NCBI GenBank assembly: GCA_030390025.1
Contig: CM059431.1
Span: 136,092,001 to 136,156,000 of the forward strand
Direction of reading: 5' to 3'
DNA: 64,000 bases
Origin: Squalus acanthias
Lineage: Eukaryota
The notes beneath the pieces were generated by a model. The model searched no databases, was not told the DNA's origin, and worked only from the letters and a program-made list of their open reading frames with translations. Below, in pieces: positions 1-13,210 of this stretch; position 1 is the first letter of the stretch; the number at the start of each line of letters is the position of its first letter. The translations under genes were made by a program, and so were the position numbers.

Positions 1-1662
1 CACCAACCTTACCTTGTTGAATAGCCTCAATTGCCTCACAAATTGGCTCCAATGTACTGCTAGCTTTTTGTCCAATGTTGTAGCAATAGGTTGTACTTGC
101 CGCTGGACTGCTTCTACTGCTGATGTTGCTCAACGACCTTTGCTATGCCACTACCTGCTCAGGTTTTGTGGCCGTGGACTCTGCTTCACTCCGTACTGCC
201 TTTCTGATATTCCTCATCACTGGCTGGCTCTTCATGCTGTGCAATAACTTCCTCATCTCCACCAGTCTCCTGAATTACTCTTCTACCTTCTTCAGCTTCC
301 TAGTCTTCAGTACTCCAGCCTCCTGGATTTTACTCCTCCTCCTCTGTTGGTCTCTGGATCTTCTGATCTTCATTGTTAGCACCTGTAACTACTTTGCAGC
401 TCTGATGGACCCTGGATTTACTTGTGCTGGATCTACTGCCACTGGTTCTTAGTCGACTCTCCACTCCTTTATTGGCTCCCTGAATCCACTAGTTTTTCCA
501 ATTGCAACCCCTGCCAGTGCATTGGCTGACTGTCTGCTACCTTTGCCCTTCCAAGTGTTCCCAAATCCACTTTTGCTCTTCTATCATCTCCAAACCGGAC
601 CTCTCTCCTTATGACTGATAGCTGCTCAAAGCTCCTCCTCACACTGTCTTCAAGTGGTGTACAGTGCCTCCTGCTCCTCCCTCTCTCATTTGGGACTATT
701 TTATATACCCTCTTCTCTGCCCTCAGTTTTAAGCCTTGTTTTGTGTAAATCTCCATCTTACCATCAAAAAGTAATTCAGGCTTACTTTTGTAACCACTTG
801 TGTGCACACCTTGCCCCAAGTCACCTACTCTTATTTCCCTTTCTCTGGCCCTTCCTGGAATCTGCTCACCTCTCCTATTCCACTCATCCAACCATCCAAC
901 CTTTCAACTCCACCTTCTCCAACATCCAATGTTTAGTGATCCTTACTCCAACGTCCATTACTCCTCAACCTATTTTATCTCCTGCTGCCATCCCAGTCTT
1001 GAATCTTTGTAAATGAGTCATAGCTTTGCCTTCTGCCTTGCTTGGCATTCTCCACCAGACCCATTGTGACAGCCATCATTGCCTTTCTGTGAGTAGTAGC
1101 CTCAATTACCCATCCATCTTCTCTCCTTGTCCATCTCAGCCAACATGCTCCTCAGGAGGTAATCTCTTCACCTTCCTTCTCATTCCAGTTACTCAACCCA
1201 TTGCCCAGAGACCTCCAAGGACTCTGCTACCAGATCTACAATCATTAACCCTCTCTGTATTTCTCTCGAGAATGGTCACTCACTCACAAAGAAGGTGCTC
1301 TCTGTCCATGAGCCATGAAACTGACCAAAACATGGCTCAGGGGGTGATGATTCCCTCTTTTCTGCACTGAAACAGCCCCAAAAAAGTCATGACTAACATT
1401 CTATGTGACTGTTGTGCATTATTCCTCCTTTTGGATGAGTCCACAGCATTGGACACGTTCAACCAAGCCATCCTTTTCAGTACCTCTGCTTCGTTGTCCA
1501 GCTCCATGGGGTAGCCCTCACATAGTTACAGTCCTTACTTTCTCAGCACCAGAGCATCCCCAGCATTAGCTTCCCTTCCCACCTCAGGAGTCCCCCAAGG
1601 ATCCTTCCTTGGCCCCCTCCTCTTCCCCATCTACATGTTGCCCCTTGGTGACACCTTCTGCA
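1..1662 (+). mobile_element. Degraded L2-clade LINE, ORF2 portion (5' segment of an interrupted element)
   Basis: Decayed RT motifs on +: about 1420-1480 resembles LLLD.S.A.DT....IL, and 1588-1660 reads GVPQGSFLGPLLFPIYMLPLGD. The IYMLPLG continuation is typical of L2. The boundary upstream of about 1400 is inferred from C/T-rich composition only. Confidence 0.6.
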
Positions 1663-4047
1663 TAGAATCATAGAAAGTTACAGCACGGAAGGAGGCCATT
1701 TCGGCCCAACCTGTCCGCGCCGGCGAACAAAGAACTATCCAGCCTAATCCCACTTCCCAGCTCTTGGCCCGTACCCCTGCAGGTTAGAGCATCCCAAGTG
1801 CACATCCAAGTACTTTTTAAATGTGGTTAGGGTTCCTGCCTCTACCACCCTTTCAGGCAGTGAGTTCCAGACCCCCACAACCCTCCGGGTGAAGAAATTT
1901 CCCCTCAAATCCCCTCTAAACCTTCCACCAATTACTTTAAATCTGTGCCCCCTGGTTTTTGACCCCTCTGCTGAGGGAAATAGGTCCTTTCTATCCACTT
2001 TATGCCCCTCATAATTTTATACACCTCAATAAGGTCTCCCCTCAGCCTCCTCTGTTCCAAGGAAAACAGACCCAGCCTATCCAGTCTTTCCTCATTGCTA
2101 AGATTCTCTACTCCTGGCAACATCCTTGTAAATCTCCTCTGTACCCTCTCTAGTGCAATCACATCTTTCCTGTAATGTGGTGACCAGAACTGCACGCAGT
2201 ACTCTAGCTGAGGCCTAACTAGTGTTTTATACAGTTGAAGCATAACCCCCCCCCCGCTCTTATATTCAATGCCACGGTTAATAAAGGCAAGCATTCAGTA
2301 TGCCTTCTTAACCACCTTATCTACCTGGCCTGCTACCTTCAGGGATCTGTGGACATGCACTCTAAGGTCCCTTTGTTCCTCTACACTACTCAGTGTCCTA
2401 CCATTTAATGTGTATTCCCTTTCCTTGTTAGCCCTCCCCAAATGCATTACCTCACACTTCTCCGGATTGAATTCCATTTGCCACTGTTCTGCCCACCTGA
2501 CCAATTTATTGATATCTTCCTGCAGTCTACAGCGTCCTTCTTCAGTATCAACCACACAGCCGATTTTAGTATCATCTGCAAACTTCTTAATCATACCCCC
2601 TATATTCAAGTCTAGATCATTCATATATACCACAAAAAGCAAGGGACCTAGTACTGAGCCCTGCGGAACCCCACTGGAAACAGCCTTCCAGTCACAAAAA
2701 CACCCATCAACCATTACCCTCTGCTTCCTGTCTCCGAGCCAGTTTTGAATCCGACTTGACACTTTGCCCTGGATTCCATGGGCTTTTAACTTCGTGACCA
2801 GTCTGCCATGTGCAACCTTATCAAAAGCCTTGCTAAAGTCCATATACACTACATCAAACGCACTACCCTCATCTACCCTCCTTGTTACCTCCTCAAAAAA
2901 TTCAATCAAGTTTGTCAGACACGACCTTCCCTTAACAAATCCGTGCTGACTATCCTTGATTAATCCGTGTCTTTCTAAATGAAGATTTATCCTGTCCTTC
3001 AGAATTCTTTCCAATAATTTTCCCACCACCGAGGTTAGGCTGACTGGCCTGTAATTACTTGGTCTATCCTTTTCTCCCTTTTTAAACAAGGGTACCACAT
3101 TAGCAGTCCTCCAGTCCTCCGGCACCACACCTGAAGCCAGAGAGGATTGAAAAATGATGGTCAGGGCCTCTGCTATTTCCTCTTTTGCTTCGCTTAACAG
3201 CCTGGGATACATTTCATCCGGGCCTGGGGATTTATCCACTTTTAAAGCTGCTAAACCCCTTTATACTTCCCCTCTCTATGTTTAGTTCATCTAATATTTC
3301 ACACTCCACCCCCCTGATAGCAATATCTGCTTTGCCCCTCTCCTTTGTGAAAACAGACACAAAGTATTCATTAAGAACCCGACCGACGTCTCCCGCCTCC
3401 ACACACAGATTACCCTCATGATCTCTAATAGGCCCTACCCTTTCTTTGTCCTCTTACTCTTAATATATTTATAAAACATCTTTGGGTTTTCCTTGATTTT
3501 ACTTGCCAAGAATTTTTCATGCTCTCTCTTTGCTTTCCTAATATCCTTTTTAATTGCACCCCTGTACTTTCTGTACTCCTCTAAAGATTCTGGAGTATTT
3601 AGCCCTCGGTATCTGTCATAAGCCTCCCTTTTTTTCTTTATCCTACCCTGTATGTCCCTAGACATCCAGGGGGTTCTAGATTTGTTAGTCCCACCTTTTT
3701 TCTTTAAGGGCACATATTTGGTCAGAACCCTCCGGATCTCCTCCTTGAATGCCCCCCACTGCTCTGACACTGATTTACCTTCAAGTAGCTGTTTCCAGTC
3801 CACTATGGCTAAATCCCCTCTGAGCTTAGCAAAATTTGCTTTTCCCCAATTTAGAATTGTTATTCCTGGTCTATCCTTGTCCTTTTCCATAACTACCTTA
3901 AATCTAACAGAATTATGGTCACTCGCACCAAAATGCTCCCCCACTGATACGCCTTCTACCTGCCCAGCTTCATTCCTTAAAACTAAGTCCAGAACGCCGC
4001 CTCCCTTGTTGGGCTTGCTACATACTGGCTAAAAAAGTTCTCCTGGA
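1663..4047 (-). mobile_element. 5'-truncated CR1 LINE (end of endonuclease, RT, 3' UTR) inserted into the L2
   Basis: ORFs 3435-3944, 2295-3239 ([41 protein letters not shown]), 1932-2294 and 1744-1998 are linked by frameshifts. There is a CR1 3' hairpin and a TTCTATGA-type tail at about 1663-1710. TGCA is present at both junctions (1659-1662 and 4048-4051). Confidence 0.92.
2295..3239 (-). pseudogene. CR1 ORF2 reverse-transcriptase domain (open 314-codon segment of a frameshifted ORF2)
   Basis: Full set of non-LTR RT motifs including FADD. Flanking segments lie in other frames. Confidence 0.88.
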
Positions 4048-4832
4048 TGCAGGTGAGGAGTCAGCCTCCATATGTACGCCAATGATATGTAAAGCAATAG
4101 AAGCACTGCCTGGAGCTTGGGGTTCTCAGCAGCAGAGCTCTATTTGCATTGTGAAGACCAAAGCCATTGTTTTCAGTCCCCGCCACAAACTCTGTTCCCT
4201 AGCCATTGTCAACCTAGCAACTGTCTGAGGCTGAACCAGATTTTTCGCAACCTTGGTGTCGTATTTGACCCCGAGATGAGCTTCTGACCACACATCCACG
4301 GCATCACTAAGACCCCCTACTTCCACCTCCAGAACATTGCCCAACTCCACCCCTGCCTCAGCTCATCTGCTGCTGAAACCCTCATTCATGTCTTTGTTAC
4401 CCCTAGACTTCACTATTCCAATGTTCTCCTGGCTAGCCTCCCACGTTCTACCCTCTGTAAACTTGAGGTCATCTAAAACTCGGTTGCCCATGTCCTAACT
4501 CGCACCAAGTCCCGTTCACCCATCACCCCTGTGCTCGCTGACCTCATTATCTCCTGATTAAGCAATGCCTCAATTTTTAAATTCTCATCCTTGTTTTCAA
4601 ATCCCTCCATGGCCTTGGCACTCCCTATCTCTGTGACTTCCTCCAGTCTCAAAACCCTCTGAGATATCTGCGCTCCTCCAATTCTGGCCTTTTGCGCATC
4701 CCCGATTTTAATTGCTCCACCATTGACGGCCATGCCTTCAGCTGCCAAGGCTCTAAGCTCTGGAATTCCTTCCCTAAACCTCTCCGCCTCTCTACCTCTC
4801 TCTCCTCCTTTAAGGCGCTCCTTGAAGCCTAC
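4048..4832 (+). mobile_element. L2 LINE continuation (RT C-terminus)
   Basis: Resumes with GVSLHMYAND (decayed YADD) directly after the CR1. It then shows L2-type NLGVVFDPEMSF, AAETLIHVFVTPRL.YSN and HITPVLADL segments. Confidence 0.75.
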
Positions 4833-5067
4833 ATAGAATCATAGAGTCATTACGGCACAGAAGGAGGCCATTTGGCCCTTCGAGTCCATGCCGGCTCTCT
4901 GTAGAGCAATGCAGCCAGTCCCATTCCCCCGGTCTATCCCTATAGCCCTGCAAGTTTATTTCCCTCAAATGCCTATCCAATTTCCTTTTGAAATCATTGA
5001 TCGTCTCCGCTGCCACCACCCTTGTCGGCAACGAGTTTCAGATCATTACCACTCACTGCATAAAAAA
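4833..5067 (-). mobile_element. Short CR1 3'-end fragment
   Basis: Translates as (WNS)LPTRVVAAETINDFKRKLDRHL. It carries the CR1 3' UTR (GGGCCAAATGGCCTCCTTCTGTG) and a TATGATTC-type tail. Confidence 0.8.
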
Positions 5068-5598
5068 GAACACAAGAAATAGGAGCAGGAGTAGGCCATT
5101 CGGCCCATCGAGCCTGCTCTACCATTCAGTAAGATCATGGCTGATCTTCTACCTCAACTCCACTTTCCTGCACTATCCCCATATCCCTTGAGTCCCTTAA
5201 TATCCAAAAATCTATTGATCTCTGTCATGAATACACTCAATGACTGAGCCTCCAAAGCCCTCTGGGGTAGAGAATTCCAAAGATTCACCACCGTCTGAGT
5301 GAAAAAATTTCTCCTCATCTCAGTCCTAAATGGCCAACCCTTTATTCTGAGACTGTGACCCCTGGTTCTAGACTCCCCAGCCACGGGAAACATCCTCCCT
5401 GCATCTACCCTGTCAAGCCCTGTAAGAATTTTGTATGTTTCAATGAGATCACCTCTCATTCTTCTAAACTCTAGAGAATATAGGCCTAGTCTACTCAATC
5501 TGTCCTGATAGGACAATCCCCCCATCCCAGGAACCAGTCTGATGAACCTTCGCTGCACTCCCTCTATGGCAAGTATATCCTTCCTTCGGTAAGGAGAC

Positions 5599-6773
5599 AT
5601 AGAAACATAGAAAAATAGGAGCAGGAGTAGGCCATTCGGCCCTTCGAGCCTGCTCCGCCATTCAATATGATCATGGTTGATCATCTATCTCAATACCATA
5701 TTCCCGCTCTCTCCCCATACCCCTTGATGCCTTTTGTGTCTAGAAATCTATCTAGCCTCTGAGTGAAGAAATTTCTCCTCATCTCAGTCTTAAATGTCCT
5801 ACCCCGTATCCTGAGACTCACTCCTCATACCATCGTAGTTTCCTTTGTTTAGATTTAGGACCCTAGTTTCGGATTGGACTTCTTCACTTTCCATTTTAAT
5901 GAAGAATTCTACATGTTATGATCACTCTTCCCTAAAGGACCCCGCACAACAAGATTATTAATTAACCCCTTCTCATTGCACAATACCCAATCTAGGATAG
6001 CCTGTTCCCTAGTTGGCTCCTCAACGTACTGCTCTAAAAAACCATCTCGTATACACTGCCGGAATTCATCCTCCACAGTATTATTGCTAATTTGGTTTGG
6101 CCAGTCTATATGTAGATTAAAGTCACCCATGATTACTGTAGTACCCTTGTTACATGCATCTCTAATTTCCTGTTTGATGCCATCCCCTACATTACCACTA
6201 CAGTTTGAAGGCCTATAGACAACTCCCACCAATGTTTTCTGCCCCTTGGTGCTTCTTCACTCCACCCAGACTGATTCTACACCTTGATTTTCTGAGCCAA
6301 TATCCTTTCTCACTATTGCTCTGATTTCATCCTTTACTAACAAGCCCACCCCACCTCCTTTTCCTTTTCGCCTGTCCTTCCTAAATATCGAATATCCTTG
6401 GATATTCAGCTCCCAGCCTTGGTCACCCTGCAGCCATGTCTCCGTAATCGCAATTATATCATATCCATTAACATCTATTTGTGCTGTTAATTCGTCTACC
6501 TTATTACGAATGCTTCGTGCATTCAGATACAGTGCCTTTAGATTTGTCTTTTTAACATTTTTAGACATCTTAACATTTTTTTGTACTATGGCCCTATTTG
6601 TCTTATTACCATTTTTTCTTACCCGGACCCTATTTGTTAGTGCACTCCTTTGTTTGTATTCTCTGTCCCTTCCTGACACAATCTAGTTATGCTTACCCCA
6701 ATCACTTTCCTGCACTGCTTCCTTGTCTTTTCTCTTTAGCATTCTAGATTTCTCTCCACCAGGACCCTCCCCC
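5599..6773 (-). mobile_element. Internally deleted CR1 copy (element B): endonuclease joined directly to the 3' end
   Basis: LYLNARSI, IAITETW, VYRP, MGDFN and GKSDHN endonuclease motifs (5909-6679) are fused at about 5820 to a CR1 3' end with a TATGTTTC tail. The flanks GGAGAC|CAAAACT rejoin element A. Confidence 0.8.
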
Positions 6774-7442
6774 CAAAACTCCCCACAATACTCCAGGTGT
6801 GGTCTCACCAGGGCCCTATATAATTGCAGTAAGACATCTTTACTCTTATACCCAAATCCTTTTGTAATAAAGGCTATCATACCATTTGCTTTCCTAATTG
6901 CTTGCATGTTAACTTTCAGTGATTTGTGTACAAGGACACTCCAGTCCCTCTGAATACCAACATTTCCCAATCTCTCGCCATTTAAAATATATTCTGCTTT
7001 ACTATTTTTCCTACCAAAGTGGATAACTTCACATTTCTCCACATTATATTCCATTTGCTATGTTCTTGCCCACTCACTTAGCCTGTCTATATCCCCTTGA
7101 AGCCTCCTTGCATTCTCCTCACAACTTACATTCCCACCCAGCTTTGTACAGGAAACTCTTTGGTATCCGGCACCGGCGTGGTGCCGGTTGATCGAAAGTT
7201 CCGGATAACGGAGAGTTATATCTACCGAGGCTATTTTTAACAAAGAAAAATAAAAAAATCAAGAAATGTGCAGTATACAGTATTTGGGTACTCACCTACA
7301 GAATGTTGTGTTAAATGGATGGTGGAAGATGCTTGATTAAGTACAGTACTGCCAGTTGAGGGTAATCCATAACTCTTTAATTACTTAACAGTAAAACAAA
7401 ACTTATAAACGACTGTCTACAGTACTGTAGTTGACTGTACAC

Positions 7443-9209
7443 TTATTCCGAGTCACCTGGTTCATCAGAAATATCCGTGCCAGCTGGGTCACCAGCAGCA
7501 CGCAGTTCTACAGATGCCACAGATTCTTCAGGCACTTCCGCTGCTGCGACTCTTTTGGAAGCTTTCTTAAACATGTTGCGGATGTTGGTTTGCTTAGTGG
7601 ACTCTTCCCTTTTCTGTAGAAAGGTGGAATGCAGAATATGGAGTTGCATACCTTCTTGTGCAGAGTAGCAAGTCTGCCTTTCAGCAAATTTGAGGATTGA
7701 AGAAAATCCTTCTGCAGCTTTAGCCCAAGAAATCTTCTCTTCTTCAGAAATATCATCCTCTTCACTTTCCATCTCACTTTCCTTTTCTTTCTTTGGATTC
7801 AAAACATTCTCAATTATTTCATCATCACTTAGCATATGCACAACACCAACTTCTCTATCTGCAGCAACCCACTGCTCGATATCACTTTCACTGAGGTGAT
7901 GTAGAGGGTTTGCTGGGCCTGCATTTTTCACCATGCCAGCCATTTCCATTATTGTACTCTTCTTGGGACGAACATTGAACCCATGAAATTCCTCCTCTGA
8001 AGAAGAACCTTCAGCAAACATTACAGAAGGCCACAATTTGCACCAGGCTTGCCTCAGAGTGTGACCTTTCACAAAGTTCCAGGAACATGCAACATTATAG
8101 ATGGCATCTTTAATATTGTATTCCTTCTGAAATTCTTGAATATTGTCATCTTGGCTTATCAGTTTACGTAGGAAGTCTTTCTTGTAATGACTCTTCAGAT
8201 TTTGGACAACGCCCTGGTCCATGGGTTGGATGAGAGAAGTTACATTTGGTGGCAAATAAATGGTGAAAATATTTCCTGAAATCAACTCGGATTCATGCGG
8301 ATGGGCTCTGCAATTATCAAGCAATAAAATGCATTTGCTATCTTCAGGTTTCCCTATTTTGCGGAAATTTTCCCTCACAGATGGAACAAAAATATGATGG
8401 AACCAATCGGAGAAGATTTCCTTATCCATCCAAGCATTTTTTTGAGCTTTGTACTCAACAGGTAAGTGCCTCACATTTTTAAATGCACGGGGATTTTTAT
8501 ACTTCCCGATAACAAGAAGTTTAACCTGGTGTGATCGAGCGGCGTTCGCACATGTTAGCACGGTTACACGATCTTTATTTTTCTTGTAACCTGAAGCATT
8601 AGCCTCACTAGCCCCAGCAAGCGTTGATTGTGGCAAAAACCTCCAAAACAAGCCAGTTTCATCGGCATTGTATATCTGTGCTGGCGACAAATCATGTTGC
8701 TGCACAATCCGATTGAAATAATCGCAGTATTCTTCTGCGACGTCGTGATCAGCTGATTTCTTCTCCCCGGAAATATCGAGTCGTCGTATCCCGTGCCGTA
8801 ACTTGAAGCACGTTAGCCATCCCTCGGAGAAAGCACACTTGTCAGTGAGCTCCATCCTTTCGTAGAATTCCTTCGCTTTCTCGATGAGCATGGGTCCGGA
8901 AATTGGAACACCCTCTGAACGCTTAAGAGAAAACCATTCAAAAAGCACGGTATCCAGCTCTTCAAGCTTAGGCTTACGAAGCGTACGCCGTTTCTCTACA
9001 CTCTTAGATGTCTCCGAGCTTGAATAAAACTTGAGCAGCTTATCCTTCTGCGATTTGATGTCGTAGATTGTTGACGAACCAATTTTGAATTCATTCATAA
9101 TGTTGATACGCTTCTCTCCCCTTTCTAGTCGTTGGCATATCTCGATTTTCTGTTTTAAAGTTAAGACCACTCTCTTCCTTTTGCTTGGACCAGCTTTTGG
9201 GAATTCCAT
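7443..9209 (-). CDS. Tigger/pogo transposase (CENP-B/Jerky-like HTH plus DD32D catalytic domain), 588 aa from the first ATG
   Basis: N-terminal [12 protein letters not shown] psq-type HTH and CENP-B HTH ([25 protein letters not shown]). Catalytic motifs [16 protein letters not shown] and IQPMDQG with 32 residues between the last two Asp. Acidic C-terminus. No stops or frameshifts. Confidence 0.93.
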   Translation of the reverse strand: MEFPKAGPSKRKRVVLTLKQKIEICQRLERGEKRINIMNEFKIGSSTIYDIKSQKDKLLKFYSSSETSKSVEKRRTLRKPKLEELDTVLFEWFSLKRSEGVPISGPMLIEKAKEFYERMELTDKCAFSEGWLTCFKLRHGIRRLDISGEKKSADHDVAEEYCDYFNRIVQQHDLSPAQIYNADETGLFWRFLPQSTLAGASEANASGYKKNKDRVTVLTCANAARSHQVKLLVIGKYKNPRAFKNVRHLPVEYKAQKNAWMDKEIFSDWFHHIFVPSVRENFRKIGKPEDSKCILLLDNCRAHPHESELISGNIFTIYLPPNVTSLIQPMDQGVVQNLKSHYKKDFLRKLISQDDNIQEFQKEYNIKDAIYNVACSWNFVKGHTLRQAWCKLWPSVMFAEGSSSEEEFHGFNVRPKKSTIMEMAGMVKNAGPANPLHHLSESDIEQWVAADREVGVVHMLSDDEIIENVLNPKKEKESEMESEEDDISEEEKISWAKAAEGFSSILKFAERQTCYSAQEGMQLHILHSTFLQKREESTKQTNIRNMFKKASKRVAAAEVPEESVASVELRAAGDPAGTDISDEPGDSE

Positions 9210-9269
9210 AATGCAAGATGGAGGAGATAATTGCCGATGAAGATGGAAAGACACACAGAACAATGGTGG

Positions 9270-9507
9270 CTAGGAAGAGACTACCACCAGCGTGGGAGAC
9301 ACACAGTAAAATGGTGTATCAGAAGAGACTACAGTACCAGCAGCGTGGGAGACACACAGTAAAATGGTGTATCAGAAGAGACTACAGTACCAGCAGCGTG
9401 GGAGACACACAGTAAAATGGTGGATCAGAAGAGACTACAGTACCAGCATCGTGGGAGACACACAGCAAAATGGCCGATCAGAAGAGACTCCCGGCAGCGT
9501 GGGAGAA
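9270..9507. repeat. 53-bp tandem repeat (about 4.5 copies) in the Tigger 5' non-coding region
   Basis: Unit GAAGAGACTACAGTACCAGCAGCGTGGGAGACACACAGTAAAATGGTGTATCA, with starts at 9322, 9375, 9428 and 9481. Confidence 0.9.
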
Positions 9508-11984
9508 TCAACTCCTGCTACTGCAGTGTTCGGACTTCTGACAGCGCCAGGAGGCCGAGTAGTGGCACTTTTGAAAACTACCCCTACTGACTAAATCGGC
9601 GTTCTCGGACTCGGACTCGGGATCGGCAACATTGCCGGTTATTTGAGAGGAGTTTTCGGAGTACTCGGCGTTCGCGGGAGACTCGGACTGTGACTCGGCA
9701 ACATTGCCGGTTATTTGAGAGGAGTTTTCGGAGGATGATTTTTGCCGGTTAAGCGAGAATTCCGGATATTTGGGTGCCGGTTAAACAAGAGTTTCCTGTA
9801 TCATCAGCAAACTTGGATAAATTACATTTGGTCCCCTCATCCAAATCATTGATGTAGATTGTGAATAACTGAAGCCGAAGCACTGATCCTTGCGGTACTC
9901 CACTAGTTACAGCCTGCCAACACGAAAATGACCCGTTTATTCCTAATCTCTGTTTTCTGTCCGTTAACCAATCCTCAATCCATGCTAGTATATTACCCCC
10001 AATCCCATGAGCCCTAATTTTGTTTAATAACCTCTTGTGTGGCACCTTATCGAATGCCCTCTGAAAATCCAAATGCACCACATCCACTGGTTCCCCTTAT
10101 CTATTCTGCTAGTTATAACCTCAATAAACTGTAACAGATTTGTCAAACATGATTTCCCTTTCATAAATCCGTGTTGACTCTGCCCAATCCTATTATTATT
10201 TTCTAAGTGCCCTGTTACCACATCCTTAATAATAGATTCTAGCATTTTCCCTACTACTGATGTCAGGCTAACTGGTCTGTAGTTACCCATTTTCTTTCTC
10301 CCTCCTTTCTTAAATAGTGGGGTTACATTTGCCACCTTCCAATCCGTCGGAACCGTTCTGGAATCTATGGAATTTGGGAAAATGACAATCAATGCATCCA
10401 CTATCTCTATAGCCACCTCTTTCAAGACCCTAGGATGTCGGCCATCAGGTCCAGGGGATTTATCAGCTTTCAGGCCCATTAATTTCTCCAGTACTATTTT
10501 TTTACTAATAATTTCTTTCAGTTCCTCCTTCTTGCTAGACCCTTGGTTCTCCACTATTTCCGGGAGGTTTTTTGTGTCTTCCTCCGTGAAGACAGACGCA
10601 AAGTATTTGTTTAATTTCTCTGCCATTTCCTTATTCACCATTATAATTACTCCTGTCTCAGCCTGTAAGGGATCCACATTTACTTTCGCTAATCTTTTCC
10701 TTTTTACATACCTATAGAAGCTTTAACAGTCTTCACTAGTTTACTCTCTCATTCTATTTTCCCTTTCTTTATCAATTTCTTGGTCCTCTTTTGCTGAATT
10801 CTAAAATCCTCCCAATCCTCAGGCTTACTACTCTTTTTGGCAACATTATAAGTCTCTTCCTTTGATCTAATACGATCTTTAACTTCTCTTGTTAGCCACG
10901 GTTGGACCTCTTTTTCTGTGGGGTTTTTGTGGCTTAAAGGAATGTATATTTGTTGTAAATTATGTATTAATTCTTTAAATGCTAGCCATTGCTTGTCGAC
11001 CGTTATACCTTTTAATGTAGTTTCCTAATCTACCTTAGTCAACTCGCCCCTCATACCTACATAGCTTGCTTTGTTTAGATTTAAGACCCTAGTTTCAGAT
11101 TTAACGAAATCACTTTCAAACTCAATATAAAATTCTATCATATTCTGGTCACTCTTCCCTAAAGGCCCCTTTACTACAAGGTTATTAATTAGCCCCTTTC
11201 TCATTTCACAATACTGGATCTAAAATAGCCTGTTCCCTAGTTGGTTCCTCAACATACTGATCTAGAAAATTATCTTGTATACATTCCATGAATTCGTCCT
11301 CCACACTATTACTGCAAATTTGGTTTGCCCAGTCTATATGTAGCTTAAAGTCCCCCATGATTACTGTATTACCCTTGTTACATGCGCCTCTAATTTCCTG
11401 ATTTATACTCTGCCCTACATTACAACTACAGTTTGGGGGCCTATAAACAATTCCCAGCAATGTTTTCTGCCCCTTGCTGTTTCTTAGCTCCACCCAAACT
11501 GATTCTACTTCTTGAATTTCAGAGCTAAGATCCTTTCTCTCTACTGTCTTTATCCCATCTTTTATTATCAGGGCTACTCCTCCTTTTCCATTTTGCCTAT
11601 CTCTTATAAAAGTTTAAGTATCCTGGAATATTTAGTTTGCAACCTTGGCCACTTTGCAACCACGTCTCCGTAATGGCTATTAGATCACACCTATTAATTT
11701 CTATCGGCGCTACTAATTCATTTATTTTGTTGCGAATGCTTCGCGCATTCGGATATAGTGCCTTTAGTTTTGACATTTCTATTTTTCCCTGATGTCACCT
11801 TAGTCACTGATGCCTTATTACCTTTGTTACTCTCTCTGTCCCTTCCTGACCCACTCTGCTTATTTTTACCCAAAACTCTACTCTGCTCTAGAGCCTTGAC
11901 ATTTCTCTTGCTGCTTTTAAATTTACTCTTTCCTGAATCCTCCCACCCACTCCCCTTCATTAGTTTAAAGCCCTGTCTATTGCC

Positions 11985-12920
11985 CTAGTTATTCAGTTTG
12001 CCAGGACACTGGTCCCAGCCCAGTTTAAGTGGAGCCCGTCCCAATGGAACAGCTCCCTCTTTTCCCCAGTACTGATGCCAGTGCCCCATGAACTGAAACC
12101 CATTCCTCCCACACCACTCTTTGAGCCACGCATTTAAACCTCTAATCTGTTTGTCCCTATGCCAATTTGTGCGTGGCTCAGGTAACAATCCAGAGATTAG
12201 TACCTTTGAGGTTCTGCTTTTTAATTTGGATCCTAGCTCCTCAAACTCCCTCAGCGGAACCTCATTCCTCATTCTATGTATGTCGTTGGTTCCTACGTGG
12301 ACCACGACAACTGGATCCTCCCCCTCCCACTCCAAGTCCTTCTCCAGCCGCGAGGAGATATCCTTAACCCTGGCACCGGGCAGGCAACACAACCTTCAGA
12401 ACTCTCGGTCGTGGCTGCAGAGAACAGTATCTATCCCCCTGACTATACTGTCGCCTACCACAACCACATTCCTTTTTACTCCCCCCCACTTGATGGCCTC
12501 CTGTACCACGGTGCCATGGTCAGTTTGCCCATCCTCCCTGCAGTCCTTGTTCTCATCCATACACGCCGCAAGTACCTCATACCTGTTGGACAAGGTCAAG
12601 GGCTGAGGCTCCTCCATCACTACATCCTGGGTCCCCATACCTTCCTAACTCGCAGTCACACCCTCCTGTACCTGACCATTGACTATTTCAAACGTACTGC
12701 TTAACCTAAGGGGTCTGACTGCCTCCTGAAACAAAATGTCCAGGTAACTCTCCCCTTCCCTGATGTATCGCAATGCCTGCAGCTTGGACTCCAGCTCAAC
12801 AACTCTGAGCCGAAGTTCCTCGAGCTGCAGACACTTACCGCAGATGTGGTTGCTCGGGATCTCATTGGTCTCCACCAACTCCCACATGCGGCAGTTACGA
12901 CACACCACCTGCACTGCCAT
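11985..12920 (-). pseudogene. CR1 ORF1 (zinc finger/leucine zipper plus SGNH esterase), interrupted by stops
   Basis: CRNC..CGKC followed by a leucine heptad (12645-12920). SGNH blocks VVVGDSIVRG and VHVGTNDI at 12396-12638 and 11985-12392. Confidence 0.85.
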
Positions 12921-13210
12921 CTCTATCTAACCTTATTTTATTTATATAATTAGTTACAGTATTTATTCAAATTATTTTTACTGTTAATTTTTAGTTTTAA
13001 TTTGTTTATTGAATTAATAACTTAAACTAAATGAAGTTATAGTAGTTAACACTCTCCCAGTTCTGAATTTAATCCACTTACCTAACCTAGAGAGCAAAAG
13101 AGCTGTACTACTCACCAACCAATCACCTACCTGCTGTCCTGTAACGTCACTCCTTTTTGTTTAAGCCGCTGCTCCCGCTGCCTCCGCTCTCACTCAGGTC
13201 CGTGCTGTGT

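Larger units (their letters stand above)
7149..9798 (-). mobile_element. Tigger/pogo-family DNA transposon, apparently full length
   Basis: Imperfect TIRs of about 26 bp (CAGGAAACTCTT tggtat CCGGCACC versus CAGGAAACTCTT gtttaa CCGGCACC). TA duplicated at 7147-7148 and 9799-9800. Contains an intact transposase ORF. Confidence 0.95.
5068..13210 (-). mobile_element. Near-full-length CR1 LINE (element A), split by insertions at 5599-6773 and 7149-9798
   Basis: Collinear order on the minus strand: 5' UTR about 13200, ORF1 12920-11985, endonuclease about 11760-11200, RT 10677-9799. RT continues KFADD|TKLGG at 7148-6774 (RPHLEYC), then SPYRRKDI...WNSLP at 5598-5160, and the 3' tail lies at about 5068. 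Confidence 0.88.

Noticed and set aside
7443..9263. Domesticated host gene (TIGD/JRK-like)
   Set aside because: Flanking TIRs, the TA duplication and insertion inside a CR1 show it is a transposon copy.
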